Assembly: GCA_011109175.1 (NCBI GenBank)
Contig: RDEW01000023.1
Location: 221,225-285,224, forward strand
Direction of reading: 5' to 3'
Source of the DNA: Dicyema japonicum
Lineage: Eukaryota > Animalia > Dicyemida
Length of the DNA: 64,000 bases
Part shown: positions 24,791 to 37,208 of the stretch, in pieces
Layout: the number at the start of each line of letters is the position of its first letter
How positions within the stretch are numbered: position 1 is the first letter of the stretch
Notes under the pieces: generated by a model
What the model was told of the DNA's origin: nothing
Databases searched by the model: none
What the model saw: the letters and a program-made list of their open reading frames with translations, nothing else
Made by a program: the position numbers and the translations under genes

Positions 24791-25927
24791 TTATCTGTTT
24801 TTATTTTTAAATTTTTCTGTTGAAAATGCCTAGTTGTATAAATAATATTACTTTGTTGTAAATGTCAAAAATAAACCAAATATGGAGGAATACGTACAAT
24901 ATCCCCAAAATAACTAAAACACAGTTCTCAACGTTGTAACCAAAATTTCCGTATATTCTTATGATTGATGGGATTATGCTGTGCCAGAAACAAACCACTG
25001 CAAGAAGTAGGAGAGAACAGAGAATATACTTGTCCTAACAATCAGTATTACCATCAACAATAAAGGTTAGGTACGAAATCTGTGGAAGATTCTGATTTAT
25101 TACGAATTTGAAAGTGACAGCTGTAAGAATAAGAGTAAATGTCAATTGTAGTCTTTTATGGACGTCGATTGGATTAACAGTAAACGTAGTAAATGAGAGA
25201 GAGGCAATACAAAACTGTAATATTACTAAAAGTGACCATTATCAAAAATCCATTCCAAAAGTAAAAGAGAGACCGTCTCTCTGCCTTGCATGTGAATGAA
25301 ATGGAAGGATGGAGGACTGATGAAAAGGGGAGTTTGTCATGATAATTTACCTCGGAAATAGTAACATAGTCCTGTAGATCCCATTTCTATTTATTATTAT
25401 AATTTTTCCTGTTTGTCATAAAATAGTTTTGTGTTGACTCCACTTAGGTTCTTGGTATCAACTGTCAGTTCAACTTCGTTTACAGAATGCTGACTCATTA
25501 TTTTTACTGTAAAATCCTGAAATTTGGCATTTATGAACTTGGACGTCGAATGGAAATTTTTCAAGTTCCAAATTTTCCCAAAAAATACCAAGAATGCGAT
25601 ATTTGGAAGTCATAAAAATATCATTGCCTATTTTTGTCATATAAGTTTTCCATCCATAATTTTTGTGTTCTAAAATTAAATTTTCAACATATAAAAGTGG
25701 ATTCCAGTATGCAGATTTGGTCAATATTATACAAATTATTTTCTTCCATTACTATATTTTTCTATTTTCATTATGAATATTACAGCATATAATTCAGGTT
25801 CTCTCCACTTTGCGTCAATCATAACATCTGCTACAAACTGTTCCTTTACTGTGTCGATATCTCCAATCCGTAAAAAACACACTCTAATGTATACTTTTCT
25901 CTATATTTATTAAATTATAATAACCAT
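24791..25927 (-). CDS. Cys-less (Pro-loop) pentameric ligand-gated ion channel-like protein, about 8 exons
   Basis: IGDIDTVKEQF.AD..I.AKWREP, YWNPLLYVEN, LELEKFPFDVQ, RR..FYFWN, RLQLTFTLILTAVTFK and LPQISYLT.IDKY, with four TM segments. Seven 22-24 nt introns. One apparent 1-nt indel near 25720 and one GA donor. Confidence 0.85.
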
Positions 25928-27269
25928 TTACTATCCATCAAATTATTTTATTTATGCTACATCTCATTAACATTAATTCATTACATTGATTTATCATTCA
26001 TTCACTCTATTGTATTTTTATAAATTAACTTTTTTTACTTAACAACCCTCCAGGGTGAGATTATTCCAAAAGTGAAATGTCTTTAGACATGGTAATGCCT
26101 GGATACGTAGTCCTCATAGTCACAATCAGGACTTTCCTATTTTAACCAGTCTTTTCGTCAGTTTCAATCCATGACTAAAGCATTTTTGGATATCATTATG
26201 TTGAATAACAAAGAGCCCTCCCCTCAATTTGAACTCATCAGCTAAATCAAGTTCATGTCTTACGTTCACATATCTCTTGGTTAGAAAATCCATCATATAT
26301 TATCAAAGCCGGTGGAACTACAATACGAAATAATTGTAAGAGAGTGGTCTTCTGCCACAATCAAAATCATCGATATGTTTAAATGATGTTCAAAAGGCCC
26401 TTTTAATCCCTCGCCTTAAGTTCTTTTAATATCATCCTCATCTCTTGTAAAAGTAGTGTTGTCACAGTTTACCCCAAAAATCCTATTTAACTGGAATAAA
26501 GATGGAATTTCCTCCGACAATAAAATACATCAGGGTTTTCCAATATAATATTGTTTAAATTGAATCGGGACTTCATATGAGTATTCCATCTTAAGTTATC
26601 CATTTCTTGACTTCAAAAAGTATTTTTTACCTATTCTGTAATATTCAATCCGCTTTTTGTCAGGGTTTTTTCTGTTTTTTCTAACATGGTTATTCATTTT
26701 AAAACTCATGTGGTGTTATGATTGTTGATGTTTTTGTTATGTGGAAATTACTGTACCCAGAAATGGCATAGTTGGAGTAGTCATCGGTTATATTCTCAGG
26801 TTGTGTGGTTAGAAATCTGAAGCATATTTTTTATCCCTGCAATACTGTGTCACATGTCAGAGTACTGGAGGTCATAACATTTAAGGTTAGGTTGTATATC
26901 CACTCACCAGTTAGTATTCTATAGTTAATTTCGCTACGCGGAGTATATATTCACATCTGCAATCAAGTGGACTCTTGATAATATGTTAGTGGAGCATAGG
27001 CACGGATTTAATTTTCTAAAGTGATGTTGATGAAGTTATTAATTACCCCAACGAAAGTCTTTTGAACGAAAATAGGAGGATCTGAACTCACTAATGGAAC
27101 CACAATGTTTGAGTGAACAGTAGCTATAGAATTGTGAGGAGGAATATGTAGTGACTCCAAGTGAAAAAGGTTGGAAAAAAGGATATAAATACTTAATTAG
27201 TTCCCTCTCTATTTATCACATAAAAGCTTATTAGAATTTGGTTTACTAATTGTCTTAAGACCTGGCAAC

Positions 27270-29253
27270 CTATCCTGTATTTAAATGGCAAAAAAATCTT
27301 ATAAGCAAACTCTCCTACGATCTAATTGGAAGCAACATTACTGCAAAACATCAAATCTCGAGTCTTCGTCACACAGAATCTCACAATTTCGCAACATGGA
27401 ACGTAAGAGGCTTAAGCGAAAGGAAACTAGAAGTCGTAAAAAGAGAAATGAGAAGGCTTTACCCGCTTGGAGTAAGCGAACTTCACTGGATCGACAGTGG
27501 TTTTTTTCGTTCTGATGATTTCGTCACATATTAGGTAACATTAATGCGAACAGAAACGGAGTGGCCTTCATTGCTTCAAAGAAAATTGCACGTGCTATTG
27601 AAAGTCATAGAATATTTAATGATCGGATAATACTAATCCACGTCCGTGGACGACCATTAATATTACGGTCATGCAAGTGTATGCCCCAACATCTATCGCC
27701 AAGGAAGACGAAATTGACCAATTTTATTATGAATTTCAAGAGGCACTAAAACTAATACCCAAAACGGACATAATCTACATAATGGGGGATTTCAATTCAA
27801 AATTTGGGTGTATACGGATATTGTGGGAAGTTTTGGTTTGGGGAAAAGAAATGATGCTGAAGATCGACTGGTCCAATTTTGTCAGGAAAATAGATTTCAG
27901 ATAACTAACACATGGTTCAAACAGCACAAACGACGATTATACACTTGGACGTCGCCAAATGGAATGTCTAGGAACCAGATTGATTATATTTTGTGCGCCA
28001 AACGTTGGAAAAGCTCTATAACAGCCGTCAAAACATATCCAGGGGCAGACTGTGGAACAGACCATCAACTACATGTTGCAAAAATTAGGACGAAATTCAG
28101 TAACACTTGGAATACCCCCGAGTAAAGAAGTTCGATGTCTCAAACATACCACCAGAATACGCAATGGAAGTTAAGCACAATATTGGATTAATGGATTTGA
28201 ACGGAAGGATGCCTGATGAATTATGGAATGATATGCAGTTGGTTATCAGAAACGCTGCAATAAAACATGTCAAATACAAAACCGGCCAAGTGCTCTGAGT
28301 GGCTCTCTGCAACATCTTAAACATTGCTGAGGCTCGTAAAGCTGCTAAAGTCTCTAGGAATATAGACGAGATAAGAAAACTCAACTTGAATTCAAAAAGG
28401 CAGCCAGGAAGGATAAAGAAGACTACTGGAGGTTACACTGCAAAAAATGGAAGATTACTATAAGAGAGGTCACACTACGAATGCGTATTTACAACTAAAA
28501 AGATTACGAACCCCCTTTACGAAAATGATGGGCAAAATCAAGGACAAGGATGGTGTAGAATTGCTAGGCCAACAGAACATCGAAATCGTTGAAGAGAATA
28601 TACGGAACGGTATATTCAGAAACTGTGTGCCCACCCATATGTGTTGATGAAGCAACGTTGGGTGAGGGACATAAAATCCTTGAGGAGGAATGCGTGTGGA
28701 CTACAGGCAATTAACGGGAAACAAGGCACCGGGCATTGACAACATCTCAAGCGAATTGTTGAAGGCTTAAGCAAAGATATTTGCTCAAGGACCAAATGCA
28801 GATCAGTTAATGCAAGCGTGTTCCCGGTTTTTCTATACGGCGCAGAATCATGGATACTGAAAAAGGCAAATAGACGAAAAATTGATGCTTTTGAGCTGTG
28901 GTGCTTGAAGAGGTTACTAAGAATCCCTTGGACTTCCAAAATAAAAAACATCGATGTACACAAACGGGTAGAGACTGACATTTCGCTAGAAAGAAAAATC
29001 GTAAAACACAGATTGGTGTTTTTTGGGCATGTTGTCCGCTCTGATTTTCTGGAAAAAACCATTATGCTGAGCAATATTACTGGGAAGAGAAGACCTGGCC
29101 GACCGAGGACTCGATGGCTATCCACGGTGGAAGACGTCACGGGAATGCCTATATCAAGGCTACTCCAAATTGCAACGGATCGGGGAGAGTGGAGGAAACT
29201 CGTTTATGAGATCTCCAAGGGTCGGACACGACTTAATTGGACAACATAACATA
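27270..29253 (+). mobile_element. RTE (BovB/RTE-1-like) LINE: APE + C-terminal RT, central RT deleted
   Basis: QVYAPTS, IMGDFNSK, YTWTSP..RNQIDYI, DCGTDH; FLYGAESW, IDAFELWC, GRPRTRW. (ATAAC)n tail. Confidence 0.9.
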
Positions 29254-29368
29254 ATTGTCTGAAGGATTTTGTTCACATCTTTGGGTAGTAATAAATTCCT
29301 ACCAGGGAAGTAGATGGTAATAATTAATGTTAAAAAGGTAGATATGCTAATTAATGAAAAATTAACAA

Positions 29369-32072
29369 TTAATCACCATAGCAGTAAATAAGTGGATAAT
29401 CTTCTGACCGACAAATATATCCCTTGTCAATTAATGATTCAATAGCTTCCTTGACCATGGTCATTTCGGGGACAAATCGATTGGAGACATGCTTAATAAG
29501 TTCATTGATCAAATCATCATGTGAGACTTTCCCCTGTTGTTTCATAATATACATCAAAGCACACTAAATCATAATATATAATACGTTTATAAACATCAAG
29601 TGGTCCTGTACTACATTCACCACCACTTTATCAGTAGTACTCTTAATTCTCTCAGGTACTATTATATTCAGTCGGTACATTGTACTGCCATTATCCTCAC
29701 TCATACCTAGTAAAATTCACATTCAAGGATAGCCAATCACTCTCCACCAACTCAGTCTTACCATCCTTAGGGATTCCTTCTTTATCCTCTGCAAGTAACA
29801 GTTCTGAGCTCAGTAGAGACGTACATGTGTATACCAAGTCATCCTATCAATTACAACATTTCCAACATGGTCAATCAAAGTGGTTTTCTGAATTTCTTCC
29901 AAAGACAAACGCACGTGGTCGTTAAAAAGCAATAGTACTACAATTTGGTAGGTATTTGCCTATAAATATTCCAAAAAACACAACCGAAATGTAATAGTTG
30001 CGTCTGAAGCAGCTCAGACTAACTTCTCCGTAAGACTGGTTGTAAAGCCAGCTTATCTTACGTCCATCATATTTCTTTGAGTAAAAATCCTCAAATAACT
30101 CACACATACGTGTCATCTGCAATCTCAATAATTAGAATACTTCAGGAGGAAGATTTATGTTATAAGAGTCCTGAAATTGCAATGAAGAGAAGACAACAAC
30201 ATTTGTATCCACTAATATAATAATAAGACCAATACATGTAATATTCTCTCCTCTAAGGGATAATTGTTGGCAGAACTCTTCATTTAGGTTGTCGAATCCA
30301 GCAGCATCATTAAGCATTCTAGACAACGTATTGGTATATTCATGTCCACATTCGCTCTGCAGTTATTATATTAATAACCTTGAGGAGGGATATTAACTCC
30401 TTCTCGATATCTAAGGAGGACTTATTACGAGAAGAAGTTATGAGACGTCTAGCCAGTCCCTTTGAGTAGTTTTTGTAAAATAATTCCTTCTCTTTGATAA
30501 ACCGAAGAAGGAGAATCTGTATTGAACAAAGAGAGTACCATTCTACATAATTCACGTTCAAAATTAGGGCGATTTATTGTCCTTGTGCTTATATTAATAC
30601 AAACTTAAACCAATTTCTAATCACATTATCACAGTGCATTGACAGAATGAGAGCAGGTGAGTACTCGGGAGATACATTTATGGGGTTGTTCACAAACCGT
30701 ATACATCCCTTAAATGAAAATATTATATTACTTTTTCAACAAGTGAATAGAAAAGTTTGAAGTCTGTAAAGGATTTCTGTACTACCTGTTTGAATCTGTC
30801 GTGGATTTCTATTACTCTGTCCACAAACGTGGTTGGACTATCAGAACTATCCTTCTGCCACTCTTCGACAGCGGCAACTCCGTAGTCAAAAACCAAATTC
30901 TCAAAGACCGCCTTAACCTTATTCACTTGCTCAGGACAATTAGCAAACAAGTCATAAATTAACTTAATTTCTACAACATCATCAATTAGGAGACCTGAGT
31001 ACTTACAATCGGATATAAATCCGTTTATCTGACCAATAATCCTGTCACACGTGCTTACAACAAGAATATCCCTCAAAATTGACTCTACTCTCAAAAAACT
31101 AGATTTATGCAAGTATTCCTGCATGAATCCTCTCTCAAAAGTAAAAAAGTCGTCAACCTACAATCAATTAATCCAAAACCTTCCTAATATATGACTCCAC
31201 AGAGTTGAATGATGAATTAAAGTGTTCCTGTTTCCGTAAAGAGTAATACTCTATAACTTGGTGGACATAGGGATCCTCAATGTGTTTTACATACAAATCA
31301 AGTTCTGATGTTCTATTAGCAGGTCCACTATCACTGAAATTGACGACAACTATTGTAAGATAATCATCTACCATATATTTCTACCAATGTTTTGATCACA
31401 TTGGCGTCATGCACACATTTTGAACGGTTTTCAGATATTAGTCTTATCAAAATGTAACCGATTTTGTCACAGAGTTCACTAAACACAACCCTTTTCCACA
31501 TGTAATATCCCAACTACAATTAAATAAGAGTTATACACTCAGCACGACCAATTCTGGACCTTCTCTTGGTAATACGCCCACAATCCAACTTTTATTGAGA
31601 TAAGTGAATATATTGTTACAGAATCTCATTGCTTCCTTGAATTTAGTCCACTCAACCACACAGTTACTAAGGAGTTCCAAGTCATCATAAGGAAGCAACT
31701 TCAATTCATAAATAAAGGTACTCTCTCAAGGATTTGTTGGCAGACTGAGTGAATGTAGGACACAAGCCGATCGTAGAGCCATTTTCCATTGGATAGGTCA
31801 AATTCTGATATTACGTCGTTCATTGATGAAGTTTCCAAGTCATTTGTTGAAGGATTCAAAGCACATATGTCATGCACATTGCTATAATTATAATCAATTA
31901 GTCACGTGTGCATCATTATGTACGTTTTTTTACTGATTTTGTTTAATACAAAGATTTCATCAAGGTTTAGTACGAGAGATGACCACAAATCCTCATAAGT
32001 GGCTTCTGTTGACTTGTTGGACTCTCGTCTTGTAGATGCTGACTGCGAAGACATCTTCTTAGACCTTTCCAT
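29369..32072 (-). CDS. Divergent cullin (CUL1/CUL2-like), about 17 exons
   Basis: About 16 GT-AG introns of 21-25 nt give one frame: YEDLWSSL.., FTYLNKSW, KELFYKNYSKGLARRLI, LSRMLND, FYSKKYDGRKISWL, IMKQQ..RFVP..IESLIDKGYI. Confidence 0.9.
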
Positions 32073-32179
32073 TAATTACCGCCTAACCAACCTATCTTTT
32101 TTGAAAATACCCTAAAATATTACAACAATCATTAACCATATATTAAATAATATATTTTTATCATTTAATTTATTACCTC

Positions 32180-33860
32180 AAAATAAACTTTAATAGTACA
32201 ATTGATTTGATTTTTATAATTTTTGCTTTCAAACTTTATTGATTAAAGATCTTTCTCGAAACAAAGTCGAAGGCTTTCTGTATATCGATAGACACCTGAG
32301 CCTACCGTGAGTGCGTCTCTGCGTTGAAACCGTCTGTGATGAACTGGGAGACAGACCCCAAATGCGTCGTTGTAGAACGGCCTGATCTGAAGCCATGTTG
32401 AAAATCAGGATATTTTAGAACAGGGGAGATTAACATTAGTAAAAGCTTCTCCACAATTTTGATTAGGCGCAAGTAATGGATACAGTTAAGAAAATGGAAT
32501 CTCTTTTGATTTTCCAGGCTTGAGGATTGGAGTAATCATTGAGTTTTTCCATATGTTTGGTATTGTTTGAGTTTTAAAGAATGGTTGTATAATCTTTATA
32601 ACACAATATGAGTCTGAGGTCCTAGGTGTTTAAGGTGGATAGCTTAGATATCGTCGGGGGCACAGGCTCGGGTTGGTCCTAGAAATTTCCACGTCGTAGG
32701 AAGTGAAGAAAGTAGTATATGTCGTCTGTTGTGGAACAAATCGTTTGATGTGCAGAGAGTGAGGGAAATTATTGTGACTGATCGACACTTAGTATTTATA
32801 AGATTATTTGTAGATACTCTTTAGTGTCTTCCAGAAGGTTCCACATGAGTTCTTGTGGTATAGTCAACCAACAAGCCGACACCACTTGTGTCTGTGTTTA
32901 TCACAGATTAGTTGGGAAATTTTGCCATTTAGAGACCGTATGGACAATATACAGCCATCTGATTGCTTTCCGTTTTTCTTCAAAGCATCCCGTTACTTGA
33001 TAAGATCCAGGATGCCCGAAGATAGTTTCGGATTTAATTTTCTGTAAGAGGATAATGAAAATTCTGTCCGCTTTTCAAATAACTGAAGTTAACATCATGG
33101 CTGCCTTGTCAACAGGGAAGTCTTCCACAACGAGGGCCAATAAAGAATTATCCACATTCGTGCTGAATCCAAATCAATTTGCCTTCGAATAGTTCTTGAA
33201 TTTTGTAGAACATCTTGGCAGATAAATAGATCTTTCGAGTTTCAATACAATTGGGTTATGGTCGCTTGTAAAACCATACCGAACATCCCATGAAAGATAT
33301 CCAACTAGGTAGGGAGAGTATAATGACAAGTCCTGGGAAATTGGGCTATCCCCTCACGGATTAGGGTACTCGTATGGGAATCCGGATTATTGAGAATAGT
33401 TAATTCGTCGAGTATAGATAGGATATTCTCTCCGCGATTGTCGGATGATTGTGTCCAAAGCGAGAGCGGATGTTTTGCATTTAAGTCTCCGCATAGTAGC
33501 AGATTTTTTAGTCCACACAATTTCAATAGGTTAGGGATATAGGAAGTAATACAGGCGGGATATAGAAACTATACAGTGTAAAACATTTAGAAAAAAATTC
33601 AATAGAAATCTGTTTCAGAATAAAATCCCATTCGCTGAGAGAAAATACAAAAGGGGTGACATCCGTAAATTTAAGTCCATCCTTAACGATACTCAATAAT
33701 TCTCCTCCGAGACTTCTTGTTCGGTCCTTGCAAAGTACACAATATCCAGGAAAACCAGGTGTTTGGGATTTTCTAGAGAGCTTCGATTCTTGAATGATGC
33801 CAATGTCCACTCTCAAATGGGATAAGAGGGATCGTAGTTCCAACACTTTATTGCTGGAAG
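32180..33860 (-). mobile_element. I/Jockey-type LINE remnant (APE + RT)
   Basis: IIQESKL, CGDLNAKH, SDHNPI, ACAPDDI, QHGFR and IDIQKAFD motifs. Confidence 0.8.
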
Positions 33861-35440
33861 TCAATGACAGAATCAGTGTCTTACAACTACGTACAATCAA
33901 GCAGAAATTCGAGGAGACTAATCTCAATTATCAACGTTTACGCACACAGTGGACGTATCCTAAAAATCCGGAAGAGCTCGACCTGTTCTACGAAGGAAGG
34001 ACATCAACAGACCTCTGTTCATCACACTTATTGTTTATTTCCGGGGACTGGAATGCGAAAGTGGGAACCCGTAGAGGAAATGAAAGCTTCATTGGTCAGC
34101 ACGAAAGAGGAATCAGAAACTTCCCCGGAACCATCTTGGCAGATTTCTGCAAGGCATTTGATCTGTTCCTATGTAATACTGGTTTCCAACATTCTGCACG
34201 GCATAAAACGACATGGACTGGGCAACGATTCTTACCTACCGAAGGCTCTATTAACATTTTCAACCAAAATGACAACATCATCTGCCGAGTCATAGAAAAT
34301 TCACTCCTACGTGACTCGAGGTCCTAAAAAGGTGCAGCTATCGACAGTGATCACAAGATAGTCTCTGCCAAATTCACAACGAGGACTTTGACTGACCTAA
34401 TAAGAAGAGAGCCAAACATAGATGTAAAAAGAAGCTATAAAATGGAACAACAGTGTTACTTTACATCGATAAGAGACAAATATCGATTATGAAAATCCTC
34501 CGAAACCTGGATCCCGGACTTCCTCCAGGAATCACCTGGGCGGAGACAATGAAAGGGATCCCTTCGACACCAAATGGGAGTATCGAAACCTGGTCCCCAG
34601 GACTGTTAAAAAAATTTATACATCCATATGTTCCCGCCCTCATTAAAAAACAAATGGAACTTAGATTACAACTGGAAAATACGTCTGATCCGGAGAGGAA
34701 ACAAATCTTGAATCTAGCAGAGTGTTGCTATCTAACACAAAGCTCAGAGTGCGGGTCGGTAAGACGTTTTCCCGTGAATTTACGTGCAATGTTGGTACTC
34801 CCCAGGGAGATTCCCTCTCGCCCCTGCTATTTGTCATATATCTGAAGGTGGCATTACGAGATCTTCAGAAGTTCTATGATGGCAACATCGTCGAAATTGC
34901 TTATGCGGACGACGTCGACTTTGTGCCAGAAGACAAATCGGCCCTACTTCGACTCCTCGAGGTGGCACCTGCTGAGCTGAACAGATGGTTTTTTGGAATG
35001 AACACCGCAAAAACTGACATTATGGAAATCAGGAGAATGGAAAGCAGATCAAGTGAAACATGGCGAAAAAAAACTTGCCTCTTTACTTGGAGACAGTCAA
35101 GATATTGCCAGAAGGTAGGCCCTCGCTTCGGTAGCGATGAACAAGTTGAAAAAAACGTGGATTGGGAAACGACGATCTTGACATCATTCGTTTGAGACTG
35201 TATGAAACCTTTGTCAAGCCGATCCTAATTTACAATTCATCGACCAGGGGAACGTCCAAAACCGAACAACTTAGACTACTAGACTCTTTCCATCGAAGAC
35301 AACTTAGATCCCTACTAGGACTGAACTGCCCAGCAAAAATAAAAAAGGAACCGCTGTGCAAGAGATGTTGCACGGGTCCACTGAGTCTCAAAATTGCTGA
35401 TTTGCGCTGGAGGCTATTTGGACTTGGGGGCTCCAGCAAA
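33860..35440 (+). mobile_element. RTE-like LINE remnant (APE + RT, internally deleted)
   Basis: GDWNAKVG, HKTTWTG, SDHKIV, GTPQGDSLSP and YADDVD motifs. Confidence 0.85.
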
Positions 35441-35860
35441 CATAGCAATGGAGGATTTGAGGATCCGGAAATAATGTGGATCCGAAAACTGTAAAACGAA
35501 CAAAGGCAAATCGAGAGGAAAATCAAATTCTTAAAGAAGCAAAATTACACCAACCAGATGGAAAACAAGGTTAAAGAGGTCAAGCATCTTCAATTTCATT
35601 TAAAGCATCTTAAAAACAATACTACTAATGCGGAGGAAGAAGCAATCAGAATGGAAAAACAATAGGAAATGCTGCCGAACAGACAGAGTTATTCGCATCG
35701 CAATATGAACAACTGTTCTTCATGAAAAGGGAAAATCGGATCTTTGGCCAGAAGACATCAAACAATAATTATGATAGAACAAAGACTTGAGTTCTAAATT
35801 ATTAGAATTAAATAAAAATTATATTTAACTTAATTATAAAATAAATTTACTTTAAATTAT

Positions 35861-36518
35861 ATGTTTGTGTATTCACGTTCTGCGCTATTGGATTTACTTA
35901 GAACATTGTATGATTCTTCTGATAATATAAATAAAGTAGCTCAATGGATTTTATTAAACCATAAAAATAAGGACGACATTATCAAAATTTGGCATGAACA
36001 ATACATAGAAGGTTACATATCTCCTCAATTGTAGTCCCCACAAACCATAAAATAAGTCTGTTATATCTGTGTAGTCAAGTCCTTCAGAGTGGACACAAAC
36101 GGGGAAGGGATTTTTCTGAATCATTTGTACACGTTCTGATAGATATTTTTTCTTCACATCAGTATTTTTTTCTGTAATCCTTCAAAGAGATGATCTCAAA
36201 ATAGTCCACACAATGGAAAATGTCCTCACTTTGTGGAAAAACAAGCTCCTCCTCCCTGAGTCAATTCTGTCCCAATTAAGCTCATATATTAACAAAACTG
36301 ATAATTTCACTTCATTGATATCATTAATGAGAGTAATTGATGGGTCTCAGAATTTGAACGACATTGACCATTTAACAAACTCTACTCTGACTGTTGTCGA
36401 CTACCAACGTGGTATTATCCTCAAATCAATTAATCTGTTACGTGTATATTACTTGGGTTTGTTTTAGGAGATTAAAGCATTCATATCCTTGATTGAGGAC
36501 CAACAACAATCTTCATGA
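35861..36518 (+). CDS. RPRD1/RTT103-like CID (RNA Pol II CTD-interacting) domain protein
   Basis: YSRSALLDLL..VAQWILLNHKN...IIKIW..HKISLLYLCSQVLQ..KRG.DF...VLTLWK resembles the RPRD1 CID. Three short GT-AG introns. Needs either a 1-nt indel or a 29-nt intron near 35907. Confidence 0.7.
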
Positions 36519-36679
36519 CTACGCTAATGTGGAGTTTTTTTGTAACATTTTTTTCTTGTAAATTAAGCATACTATCACTACCTTAAACTTTATTTCCTAA
36601 CATTTTAAGAATTATGACAAATTTTTTATGTTCTTGTTCAATTTGATTGAATTTGTGATTATTTTGTTAAATTATTCGG

Positions 36680-37070
36680 TTCGTTGTGGTTCACGGTTGT
36701 TATGTTGTGATTATGCCTGTTGTGAGAAAAGCACCTAAAAATAATGTTCCCACTTGAAGGAAAACGTACCAGCCAAGTTTTCTGAGATGTGTTCATCCTG
36801 TCGGCTAGGCAGAACTCGGATGCATGGGATCTCCTGTTATGCTTGTGGAAATTTCTTCCACCTCGAGTGTATCAAGCTATCCCAAGCCACATCGAGCGTG
36901 CTGGAATATGGCACTGCCAGTCATGCCTTGGACTATGCAGGAAGGTTCCCAGTGACGCGCTTCCGAGTTCTGCTATTCAAAGCCAAGGTCACCATCTCCA
37001 TGTTGTCTTACAAAATTTGAGTAACTTTACTTGGCTCTGCATATGGAGATTCAAATCTGCTCAACTTTAG
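36680..37070 (+). mobile_element. 5' fragment of PHD-bearing CRE-like element
   Basis: CSSC..ISCYACGNFFHLECIKLS..WHCQSC (frameshifted). Closely matches 44830-45080. Confidence 0.7.
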
Positions 37071-37208
37071 CGATGGATCACTCCCATAGTCCTTTAAAAC
37101 TCGTATCTAAATTTATTCACTAAAATACATCATTTCAGAAAATTCATATTCTGATTGATGAACGTTCATTCTTTTGTTTATCCGCTTAAAAATGATAAGG
37201 ACAAAACA

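Noticed and set aside
26040-26900. Possible transposase or gene remnant
   Set aside because: Too degenerate to identify any motif with confidence.
23470-32072. Stop-codon reassignment as the cause of fragmented ORFs
   Set aside because: In-frame stops fall inside GT-AG mini-introns, and genes in the window end in TAA, TAG or TGA under the standard code.
33794-34327. 177-aa ORF as a novel protein
   Set aside because: It is a chimera of antisense LINE sequence and an RTE endonuclease fragment.
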